32,631 nt of DNA from Ginkgo biloba (taxonomy: Eukaryota; Plantae; Ginkgophyta). Positions 23,101 to 31,780 of the stretch are shown here, one piece after another. The notes beneath the pieces were generated by a model that worked only from the letters and a program-made list of their open reading frames with translations, searched no databases and was not told the DNA's origin. The stretch is taken from the NCBI GenBank assembly GCA_024626585.2, contig JANKJI020000004.1, positions 30,126,112 to 30,158,742 of the forward strand, given 5' to 3'. A program made the translations under genes and the position numbers. How positions within the stretch are numbered: position 1 is the stretch's first letter; each line of letters starts with the position of its first letter.

Positions 23101-25800
23101 AAGAAGAGTCTCTAGTGAAATCTCTATAGGAACGAGAGAGAAAAATGGATCGCTGTAAAAAACTAGGCCAAGGAAGTAATGTAAACATCATCATATATGA
23201 GGTCAAAACTGGTGATACAAGGTAACTAGGGCAATGAAAAAAGAGAAGACAATGAGGGAATGCNNNNNNNNNNNNNNNNNNNTATTATTACGAGTTCACT
23301 CTTGATGCCCTATATGATTGACATCTGTGTTTTCCCTCATTTCATATTAACTGATCACACTTCATGATATTTTACTCATGAAACTCACCACGGCCAAGAA
23401 GTCAACCATCTGTTCTAACCGACGCATCATTGTCCTCTAAATGTCAATGTCGGTTGTGATCAACATAGTCAAGCTCATCTAAAGGTAGCTTGTCCTCCAC
23501 ATTGACATGCACTAGTCTTTAAACACTGATTGTTTGGTATTTAAAATCCCCCAATAAGAGGATGTTAACCTGGGATGGAAACAAGCTACCTTGGAATAGA
23601 AACCCAAGTATGTTGAACTATCAATTTACACATGCCTGACATGAGTGGAGGGGATCAAGGGAATTTAGCATATAGATAACTCTTTCTATGAAGTGGTGGT
23701 CTCCTAGAAACAGGTTCAACATGTAGCTGGGGTGTAGATTTATGGCCAGTAGGGAGATGGAAAAAATGAAAGTGATCACGAAAGAGGCAAGCTACTCCAC
23801 CTCAACCCTGAACGTCTCCCGTGACTCTAGTCCTAGGTATAAAATGTGATAACTAGCAATAGCATGCAATAGGAGGGAATGATTGCTCTAGTCCCTCAAG
23901 TGTCTTCTTGATAAGATTGTTTATACCTCTAACCACATTGTGGACTGATCATTGCATGATCATAGAATGCCCGTGTAAAAACTGTAACTATCAATCGCTA
24001 GTTCACTAATGCATTACAGCCAGAATGACTGAGACCAGNNNNNNNNNNNNNNNNNNNNNNNNNNNNNNNGAGTCAAGAATCCAAACCTTTCCATTGTGGA
24101 TAACAAACCATTTGTCTTGCCTTCTAATTTCCACTCCCAGTATTCTAGTCGGTATGCATTCCTCATCTAGCACCATGTAAGATCTTTGCCCAGGAACACC
24201 TTTGCCTTACATGAGAAGGGGTTCCTCTTCCAAAGTATATCTGATTGCAATGTTGATTGTGAGCTGCCGAAGGAAATTTAATAATACAGAGCCTCTTGGG
24301 ATGTAGTCCACAAAAAATTACATGTGTGTGCCATTAAAAGTGTGTTTTTACTTGTCAACATAGATATCAATACAAATCCTGCAAGTTATAACATTCTGTG
24401 AAGGGAATATCTAGTTACAATATCTCAACATACCAAATCACAAGAGTGATCACAGAGATTCTTACCATTGTCGTAGTTTATCAGACTTGGGCGTTTTCTG
24501 TATCTCAGGGTGGCAATAAAGAATATAATCTTCTCCTTTCCAAGGGGGGCAGGCCCATATATAACAACTCATAAACCCTCGTTTCTTGCAATAATCCAAG
24601 TATCCAATCTGTTCAACAAAATAATGTCATTTATGAAGTACTAACTAATGGAAACAAATAAGAAAAGCTCACAATAAGCATGAGTTTGGAAGAATACTAG
24701 TTTCTTTACAATATTTGTTTTCCATTCTTCTTCTCCTGGTTTCTGATCCCTAATAAAGGCCACCTCCGATCACAAAGCCCAAAAGGGTAGGAGCTATAAA
24801 GAGAACTTCAAAACGTTTCAATGCCATCTTCTTTGAGATTTGAATGTTATTAGCAACAATTATGGAGGTAAGTGCAGGAAAATAGAGGACTAGTTTGATT
24901 CTGCTTTGTGCTTTTAGTTTAAACAAGAAATTACCAGGATTTCGTGGTACACAAGAGTACGAAGGGCCTCTCCAGTCACAGTTTTCACATCCGGCCTGAA
25001 GTACTTCACAGAATCCAAATAAGATAGGGAAACCTGACGCTGGTTTGGCTGAGAACAATCTGAACCAAATTCCTGAACATACATGCCAAAGAGGCAAACC
25101 TCTACACCTTCTATTCTCTGGAATAACAGAAGAACCTGAAAGCATAAACAAGATGGTATGTCACTTTTTGCAATCTGATTAAAATGGAAATCATAATAAA
25201 CCTTGCATGTATCTTATCATGCCTCTCAACAATGGATCCAAAAGGCATACTTTGCATTAAAAAGGCAAAAAACCAAGGCACTTAAAACTGACATAAACCA
25301 GGAAGTTTTAAATTTCTTGCAGACAGTAAAAGACATAAGAGAACAACAGCAGGTTGTACCACAGTAAACCAAGGAGAACCTTTTACAGTAAGTGCATCTT
25401 TTGCATATCTTCTAGTGTGCAATGAAGAACTTGTCACTTTCTTGAAGCTCAATATGGTTGAACAGAAAACAAGAGGGTCATCTCTAAGGCAGTAAACAAG
25501 TAAAGTTAGGCTGATAAGAACTAAGATCATAAAACTAGGGATATACACAGAGTATTTAGTAAAGCCCAAATGTCCCTGAAAAATACGAGTGCAGGTTGGT
25601 TGGGGAAGTTCCTTCCTAGTTTTGATACAACTACTCAACCCAAAGAAGTTGCCTTGCAAAACATCACATACCTTTGACCTGTATGGAAGTTCAATCGGAT
25701 AATTTTCATCTTGAAATATCTCCACGAAATGCTGCTTCACTTCCACTTTCTTGTCAACGGATGACACAACTCTCACAACAAGAGACTCTGCTCCAGGCAC
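5042..25800 (-). CDS. HAC1: Multi-exon p300/CBP-type histone acetyltransferase (HAC1-like, KAT11 domain plus partial ZZ finger); join of exons 25672-25800, 24935-25135, 24466-24608, 5333-5618, 5042-5181; partial or truncated
   Basis: Hand-spliced translation gives [18 protein letters not shown]...YRSK|[24 protein letters not shown]...[11 protein letters not shown]...[13 protein letters not shown]|[45 protein letters not shown]|YLTML...[18 protein letters not shown]...SKDALLMQK|LGE...MKEDFIIVH...CTHC...[13 protein letters not shown], colinear with the plant HAC1 HAT domain. All introns are GT-AG with consistent phases (0,0,2,0). Confidence 0.95.
5333..5618 (-). CDS. HAC1: HAC1-like exon ([57 protein letters not shown]...SKDALLMQK), with catalytic Tyr and Lys-rich loop
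   Basis: Acceptor ttattgtggcag|G TAT completes the TGG codon from the previous exon; donor AAA|gtagat; 286 nt; [11 protein letters not shown] motif. Confidence 0.95.
6040..6860 (+). mobile_element. L1-type LINE 3' end / RNase H-like remnant
   Basis: Fragments [23 protein letters not shown] and IICHVP..KAMNLLS resemble plant LINE RN..IF and RNase H motifs (AEA.A, IEGDS, HV.RE.N..AD); very degenerate. Confidence 0.4.
7130..7490. mobile_element. Possible non-autonomous DNA transposon (MITE-like) fragment
   Basis: CpG-containing patch with recurring gatat/cgata motifs in AT-rich context; termini not resolved. Confidence 0.25.
8050..9200 (-). mobile_element. L1-type LINE reverse transcriptase remnant
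   Basis: ORF 8504-8713 [10 protein letters not shown]...[17 protein letters not shown] resembles the LINE RT pattern HLxFADDL...SGLKIN..KS; flanks interrupted by stops. Confidence 0.55.
9480..9955 (+). mobile_element. Ty3/gypsy integrase C-terminal (GPF/SH3-like) remnant
   Basis: [15 protein letters not shown]...[43 protein letters not shown] matches the gypsy integrase tail (F..GD.VWL...RYGPF.IL.K.G.NA..LDLP). Confidence 0.8.
10740..11530 (-). mobile_element. LINE ORF1-end / AP-endonuclease remnant
   Basis: Minus-strand pieces DSGGILGA and CFGNLNVVL resemble the L1 endonuclease motifs SGG.L..W and GDFN; preceded by a low-complexity K/S/N/G-rich stretch. Confidence 0.35.
12223..12689. mobile_element. 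Solo-LTR-like element (probably copia-type)
   Basis: Bounded by TGTTG...CAACA inverted termini; contains an internal ~42-bp direct repeat (cacaatcatgattacaa.tgaggc...gtgcc) at ~12488-12562; no matching TSD. Confidence 0.5.
14250..15870 (-). mobile_element. Decayed hAT-like DNA transposon (transposase relic plus GC-richer subterminal segment)
   Basis: Minus-strand [13 protein letters not shown] (BED-finger-like) and YTNI.../[16 protein letters not shown] (DUF659-like) fragments; gtaccc/gggtac-rich segment at 14270-14395. Confidence 0.35.
16500..17400 (-). mobile_element. Non-LTR retrotransposon reverse transcriptase remnant
   Basis: Minus-strand motifs in correct order: [13 protein letters not shown] (~CFVDFxKAFD), LGCPLLS (~QGCPLSP), [20 protein letters not shown] (~LLYADD..L...GLQ). 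Confidence 0.75.
18332..18404. repeat. 37-bp tandem duplication (agtttcaaactttgttgttcaataaaa[g/t]aactttca x2)
   Basis: Two adjacent copies differing by one substitution. Confidence 0.9.
18813..19485 (-). repeat. LTR-like dispersed repeat, copy A (may extend to TGTTAG at 18742)
   Basis: Aligns by eye along its length to 21613-22306; minus strand begins TGTTTGCTA and carries a catataaata TATA-like box; ~20-bp internal subrepeats (cagttgcagcagtataacat). Confidence 0.75.
20149..20267. repeat. Imperfect (AAC/AAT)n microsatellite running into an N gap
   Basis: aataataacaacaatgggaaccataacaataatgataataacaacaatgatggttataacaacaacaac. Confidence 0.85.
21613..22306 (-). repeat. LTR-like dispersed repeat, copy B
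   Basis: Direct repeat of 18813-19485 with shared blocks tgtacacatgataa, tgttgtattaa.gaagaagtat, gtaatggtgagagcatt, aaactcattaagcatgca, and the same tagcaaaca end. Confidence 0.75.
22430..23260 (-). mobile_element. L1-type LINE ORF2 remnant (endonuclease-RT linker)
   Basis: Minus-strand [25 protein letters not shown] resembles FRPISLCN..YKI..K.L..RL..VL; very degenerate. Confidence 0.3.
23290..24040 (-). mobile_element. Ty3/gypsy gag-protease-like remnant
   Basis: Degenerate minus-strand similarity to gypsy protease tail (V.LG..WL..LG...DF) and gag; heavily interrupted. Confidence 0.3.
24466..24608 (-). CDS. HAC1: HAC1-like exon ([48 protein letters not shown]), L1 acetyl-CoA-binding loop region
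   Basis: Acceptor tttgttgaacag|ATT, donor TG|gtaaga; 143 nt ending in phase 2; IWACPP and YCHP motifs. Not in the ORF track. Confidence 0.95.
24935..25135 (-). CDS. HAC1: HAC1-like exon (67 codons, [67 protein letters not shown])
   Basis: Acceptor tatgctttcag|GTT, donor CTG|gtaatt; 201 nt; contains the FGMYVQE and SYLDSV KAT11 motifs. The ORF track shows a different frame here. Confidence 0.95.
25672..25800 (-). CDS. HAC1: HAC1-like exon (43 codons, [43 protein letters not shown]), start of HAT domain
   Basis: Acceptor tgattggcag|GTG at 25801-25802; donor AAG|gtatgt at 25670-25671; 129 nt, phase 0. Confidence 0.93.
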
Positions 25801-25909
25801 CTGCCAATCATCAATAATCAGTTATTTTCTTTTTATGTTATAAATGATCCCAAGACTGACCATTAAAATCTAGAGTTTCCTGAGTATCTCTAAAAATGTT
25901 ATAGAGTAC

Positions 25910-25948
25910 CTCTTCATATTCTGCGTGGCAAAATATTTGCACAGCCAT
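25910..25948 (-). CDS. Putative first coding segment of the HAC-like gene (MAVQIFCHAEYEE), or an 11-nt microexon at 25910-25920
   Basis: Ends TAT GAA GAG|gtactc, matching the conserved Y(D/E)E|VPGAE junction of plant HACs, followed by a 109-nt intron. In-frame ATG in gccATGG context at 25946-25948. Alternative acceptor ttttgccacgcag lies 11 nt before the donor. Confidence 0.5.
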
Positions 25949-26129
25949 GGCAAGATAAACACTCTTTTTTCTGATCCTGTTCCTTATGTATAAAATCCAT
26001 GCATAAAAATTTCTAATAGCATATCAATACATAGACAATAGATAGAATGTGGCTTGCACAAAGGAGGAATTCTGCATTTTGTCTTTGAAGCACCACAAAA
26101 TAGCTCAATTAAAAAGATACACATTCAAC

Positions 26130-27400
26130 CAAGCAGATTAGCTGCTTTTGGCAGCTTTTCACTCTCAGCTTAAGGGTGGTTTAGGGCTATCATAGGGAAA
26201 TGAATTGTTTGGCTTGTGGATAGATTGAACACCAAGGATTGCATGACCATGAAACATCTATGCAAAGGTAATTCAAAGGAAGCACCAATCACATTTGTTA
26301 ATGATTCTGTTAGTATGCAGATTTAGAAGTTGTCATACTGTTGGCTTATAAACAGACTGAATACCGGGGATTATACGACTGAAATATCTTGTTGGGGTAA
26401 TCTCTCCAACCCCCTCAAATCATTTTGAAGATTACTCGAAGATTAAATAAGATGTTGTTGAAGTTGTTTTGGACTGCATTTTAATTTTTAGTGTTGTTGG
26501 CTGCATCACATCCAGCTAAGGTGCTCAAGGCCTTGAAGCTAAAATTGACTTATGCTTCTACCTCAAACAGTCCCTAGTTGTAGGCTTGTTGCAGTTTCAT
26601 TAGATTAGTCGACCATACTTATGTTGTGATTTTGACATTCAGTTGAAGAAGCATCAGCCTGTGAAAAAGGTCATCTTAAGGTGCAGAAAATCACACGTAC
26701 AACTTAAAAAAAAAACCAAATCTGTTGATTAACTCAAGCTAGCCANNNNNNNNNNNNNNNNNNNNNNNNNNNNNNNNNNNNNNNNNNNNNNNNNNNNNNN
26801 NNNNNNNNNNNNNNNNNNNNNNNNNNNNNNNNNNNNNNNNNNNNNNNNNNNNCTGGGAGAAGACAGAAGAATATAGGAGATCGTGGGGTGATGGGGTAAA
26901 TCATAGAGAGGGAAATGAAAGATTCATATATTTTTGTCAAATAATTTTAAAGGCAGATGTGGAATTGATGAACATGAGAAGTTAGCAGGGCTCTAGAACA
27001 GATATAACAAGTTACCACTGATCAAGAATCATTCAAAAGAGCAATTGTCATTTGTTTCAGATGGAACTCCCTTTCATGCCTATGTGGATGGTGTTGTAGC
27101 ATTCACCAGGGATAAATCTATGAGGATGGATAATGGGAAGAANNNNNNNNNNNNNNNNNNNNNNNNNNNCATTAGAAGGAATCAATTTAAAGGCACGAAT
27201 GCTGATAGGGACTGCTTACGCAATTGATGGCTTATGCTAAAATGATGATATGATGATTTAGAGACTTTTAAGTGAGGCACATCACGCAGCTAATCTTTTC
27301 TCTTGGAGGCAACCCAGTCTGCTAACCTTTTCTGCAAACAAGGCAGCACAACTTGTAACACCTGGATGTGTCCTGTTTTAGATCTGCAATGTGTGTCTGG
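26130..27400 (+). mobile_element. L1-type LINE RT/RNase H remnant upstream of the HAC exons
   Basis: PITFVNDS (~HLLFADD), FHAYVDG...IRR (~KLNVDG...IRD) and LEATQSANL.CKQG (~REANQ.AD.LAK.G) in the expected order. Confidence 0.45.
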
Positions 27401-28689
27401 TTCAAATTAGGATTTTGTCCACTTCATGGATCATAGGGTGGCTGTTAAAGCAAAAGCTGGAAATGCTGAATATTATTNNNNNNNNNNNNNNNNNNNNNNN
27501 TTAGCTTTCTTCCGATTAAAATGTCTATATTTGACAAGAGATAATTAGATAGAGTAGCATTTGTACATTCCTGTAATCATATATACGATATAGGTAGCCA
27601 AATACTAAAGTATCAATTACAGGTCACCTTATGGTTTCATTAGGAATGAACAATATAGATTCATTTTCCAATTAACAAAGCGTTGCTTGTGAGGAAGCCT
27701 TTTTGCTATATTTCTTGTATTCTCCTGAGGGCATAATATAATATTTCCTTCAAAAGTACCTCTCATTGGGATTCCAACGCTTTTGATGGTTTATCCCATG
27801 TCTTATTCAACATGTGTCTATGGCGGGTCCTTGGAGTCCAATGTTCTGTACAAGATTGCATAGGCACATGGCTTGTGTTTGCTTCAGGTTCCTGGGGATG
27901 GCAAACGACTAACAGCCATAATGTAGATCAGTTTGTATCCAGGAGCTATCTATAGGGATTCTGCTATAGCGAGTCCCAAGTGAGGATGTGACAGCAGGGG
28001 TGTTAGACATTATGCAATCGAGTAGTTGACAACTGGTAGGAATTACAACAAATATGGTTTGGAGACAGCAACATCAACAGACGTTCAGGGTTGGGAGGAC
28101 ACACCCCTTATGGCAGCAGGCTCCAGACATTAAGCATAGATTTTGGAAGTCTTACCACAGTTGTTTAACAATTAGCAAGGTTGCAGGGGTTCATAGGGAT
28201 GGGGACACAAGGTACAGATGCAGGTACCCAAAACGGGCACCCGAGAAATATGGGTGTGCCAGTTTGTGGGCACAGCAAATACAGGACTTAATACACAGAC
28301 ACAAAAATTTTCAGGCAATTTAGAAAACTAGATCCAAATGCTTAAAATTCAAAACATTAACAACAAATAAATTACAAAATACACCCGATAGATCAACACG
28401 AAGTTTTTAACACCAAAATAAAACTTAATGCAAAACTGAACAGGAAGCAAGTCAAAACTAGTTAGGATCACTTAGGATTCAACTCCTTTAGTCTGCTCAC
28501 AACTTCCTTTAGGTAATTAGTGATTTCCAGTGCGAGCATATTTAAACAATCACAAGTGCTTGTCAAAAAACCTCCCAACCCATTTAANNNNNNNNNNNNN
28601 NNNNNNNNNNNNNNNNNNNNNNNNNNNNNNNNNNNNNNNNNNNNNNNNNNNNNNNNNNNNNNNNNNNNNNNNNNNNNNNNNNNNNNNTT

Positions 28690-30420
28690 AGAGCAAACAA
28701 GAGGAGTGCCCAAGAGTGGTATTTGTAGTAAGAAGATTCAAATGCAACAAAAAGGTGGTCTTAAGGTGTAGAGTGGCCCTACATATTTAAGAAAGATTTG
28801 TAGATGTGGAATTGTTTAGTATGAAAGGTTAAATCAAGGGATTGATGCATTGATGAAGAAAGACACCATCACGGATAATTATCCAATCCGAGGATAGTTG
28901 ACTTACTAGATGCTATGCATGGCCTATGATGTTCTCAAAAGAAGATTTATGAAGTGGACAACAACAAATACATATTCACAAGGAAGATGTGGAGAAGATA
29001 ACTTTCANNNNNNNNNNGACAAGGGCCAGATATTATGAGTTCTTGGCAATTCCCTTGGTCTTATAGATGCACTTTTTACTTTTATGAGAAACATGAACGA
29101 TATTTTCAGACTACATCTAAGAAAGTTTGTGGTCGTATTAATGAATGAAATAATGAATTTTGGTACGAATAAGGAAAAGAATATGTAAACACCTAAAACA
29201 TTGTGGGAGATTTTGAAAAAATTGAAATTGGCAGCCAAACCTTCGATGTGTGACTTCATGAAAAATGAGGTTGAATATTTGGACACATAGTTTCAACCAA
29301 AGGGATTCTGTGGAACCAAAGGGGATCCAAGTTGTTTGAGAATGGCCCATGCCACAAAATGCAAATCATATAAGAAGCTTGTTGAGGACGAACAGTTATA
29401 ATAGGACGTTTGTTATAAACTTCTAACTGATAACAACACCATTAAAAACATTGTTGAAGAAGTAAGACATTCTCGGTGGATAGAAAAGCATGACAAAATG
29501 TTTTGAAACTATAAAAAACAAGCTCACAAAAGCATGGATATTAATCTTCTGAATCCATCTAACCTGCTAGCGGCACGGCAATTGGAGAAGTGCTACTGTA
29601 CGAAGGAAAGGTGATTGCTTGTGAAAGAAAAAACAAAAAAACAAAAAAAACAGATGAATCTATATAAGATACCCTGTGTTTTATTAAGGGTTGATCACCA
29701 TAGTAGATGCAACCAAGATTTGGAAGCGTGACTTGAAAGCAAAAAAATTTGGACTACACATATAAGTCGTTGCTGACCTTTCCACCAAAGTAAGAATTAT
29801 CTTCAAGGCAGTATAGGTGGGTAGCATTATTTGAAGAATTTTGACCCAAGATGATTTATAGAGCAAGAAAAGAGAACTTATTTGCAGATACACTTCCAAC
29901 AATACCTCAAATGAATCATGTTACGAGATTATAAGGTGGACTAAAACAAGAAATCAAGCAAGCATAAGAACAAGATAATTGGTCTGAAAAGATCACATAA
30001 GGGATAGAAAAGAAAGAATGTCTTCTTGATCTCTCCAGGAAAGAAGGTTGTCCTCTACACAAAGGAAGATTAGTGATACCTCAAATAGAAGAATTGGAGT
30101 ACACAATATTGCACGAGTTTTATGACAATCCATTGGCCAACCATATTAGATGAGAAAAGACTTATGTGGCAACCCATAGGATAGTATATTAAAGAAATAG
30201 AAGANNNNNNNNNNNNNNNNNNNNNNNNNNNNNNNNNNNNNNNNGTTAATTGAGAAGCTCTTGGAGGACTATTGATAACTTTATTGATGCTAAGAAACAA
30301 GTAGGATGGTATCTCAATGGACTTTGTCACGTTAAAAGACACAAAGAAACAATGGTCAAATATTGGTAGTGGTGTATCAACTAACAAAGATGGAAAGGTT
30401 CATACCTTGCAAAATGATCT
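28690..30420 (+). mobile_element. Ty3/gypsy pol remnant (RT, RNase H, integrase start)
   Basis: Ordered degenerate motifs: IDALMKKDTITDNYPI (~DYRALNK.TI.N.YPIP), YEFLAIP, RKFVVVL, KPSMCDFMKNEVEYL, an RNase H-like segment, and DGISMDFVT (integrase core start); many stops and frameshifts. Confidence 0.85.
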
Positions 30421-30763
30421 AGGTTGGATCTGAAGAAGAAGGATAATTATCAATTTTATGCTCACAGTGGCAAGAAGTCAATAATCTTATGAAAAAACCA
30501 CAACATTGGTTTAAAAATCAACCTTGTTTGATTGTTGAGTCTAGGACCAAAATTTCTAATGGTGTTCTAGGGTTCCCTTGGCAAGGTCCTAGGGATAGCA
30601 CCCCTCGCGAGGTTCTAGGCGTTGTGCTCCTAGTAGGAGTCCAATTTGCACTTTGAAATCCTATAGTCCTATGATTTCTACCAAGGAAAATGCTTGTCAG
30701 AGGAATTTGTCTAAGTTGCATGAACTTGTCAAAATCACACACAATTGCAAGTTTGAAATGAGC

Positions 30764-30870
30764 TGCGATAGTGCAAAAAGTTGTGATAGTGTAAAAAACT
30801 AGGATAGTGCAAAAGGTAGTGACAGTGTGTAAGGCAATGACAATGCAAAGGGTTGCGACAAAGGCACAAG
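30764..30870. repeat. Degenerate 18-bp minisatellite (tgcgatagtgcaaaaggt-like, ~6 units, decaying further to ~31070)
   Basis: Units tgcgatagtgcaaaaagt / tgtgatagtgtaaaaaac / taggatagtgcaaaaggt / agtgacagtgtgtaaggc / aatgacaatgcaaagggt / tgcgacaaaggc. Confidence 0.8.
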
Positions 30871-31228
30871 TCTACGCATGGTTGCGACATCGCAAAGGGA
30901 TGTGACAAGATCGACGACTAAGATTAATCATGGGAGATCAACAATGCATTTTAACGAGCAAGAGCGCCAAAGTTTGTTAAAGTGGAAAAAGGCATGTGAA
31001 TATGCAAAAGGTCATGACACTGTGCCAAGTGCAACACTCTACCAACCTGCAAAAGCTTGTGAAAAAGTGCAATATGCTGTGGTAACATGATGAGGTGACT
31101 TTGAGCTTCCAACATACCATCTCGGTTGCCAAATCATCACTAATACCATGTAGAAAGCATTTGCATCATCCAACTTTGACTTACAAGTTGAAACGCACTA
31201 TTTTGCAACTACCTTGACAGTTGCAATG

Positions 31229-31780
31229 GGGAAAGATGATAAAAGCTCCCAAGGGCTTAGAAGCAGGGATTGATTCGACTAGTGGTGGGTTCCATTGTTC
31301 AATTATTGAGTGGTTGTTCATATGTTATTCATTGGTTCAACAGTCAGTTACCAGAGTTCAGTTATGAGAGTTGTGATTATTCCTTCTTCATTTTCCACGC
31401 AAAAGCTTGTGATTTCATCAACAAATTGNNNNNNNNNNNNNNNNNNNNNNNNNNNNNNNNNNNNNNNNNNNNNNNNNNNNNNNNNNNNNNNNNNNNNNNN
31501 NNNNNNNNNNNNNNNNNNNNNNNNNNNNAAATGCTGCACTCGAACCCGCACCCGCACCCACGAACGTTGGTAACCTTGCCGTTGTGTAACTGCCTCAACA
31601 ATTACCATTGGAAAGATGATAAAAGCTCCCGAGAACTTAGAAGCAAGGGTTTTGGAGTTGAGTTGTTTCTTTATTTTTTTTGTATCAAGTGATAAGCTTA
31701 CAACTTGAGTTTTTCTGTACCGAGCGATAAGCTTGTGATTTCAGTGCTTTTTTACCAAGCGACAAGCTTGTGATTCATCT
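31229..31780. repeat. Local direct repeats (ggaaagatgataaaagctccc...cttagaagca at ~31229 and ~31610; aagcttgtgatt at ~31403, ~31729, ~31764), probably TE subterminal repeats
   Basis: Directly visible duplicated blocks flanking N gaps, plus an acccgc motif repeat at ~31544-31560. Confidence 0.7.

Larger units (their letters stand above)
5619..24465 (-). other. Giant phase-2 intron (~18.85 kb including N gaps) filled with TE relics
   Basis: GT at 24464-24465 and AG at 5619-5620 (minus strand) join TG|G to restore the KLRQW-YL motif. Confidence 0.9.

Noticed and set aside
24750-25151. 133-aa Cys-containing ORF MFMLSGSS...
   Set aside because: Out-of-frame shadow of the real HAC exon 24935-25135.
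25282-25671. Hydrophobic, membrane-like extension of ORF 25282-25800
   Set aside because: Read-through into the intron after the AAG|gtatgt donor; HAC homology resumes at 25135.
25915-25975. AEY and CLSCHGC as remnants of the PHD exon joined to YEE by an internal deletion
   Set aside because: Only 3-4 residue matches in different frames; indistinguishable from chance without alignment to a close paralogue.
27760-27910. Possible additional upstream exon ending in a gag|gtact donor
   Set aside because: No HAC similarity in the frame examined and a stop precedes the donor; at most a UTR exon, unsupported.
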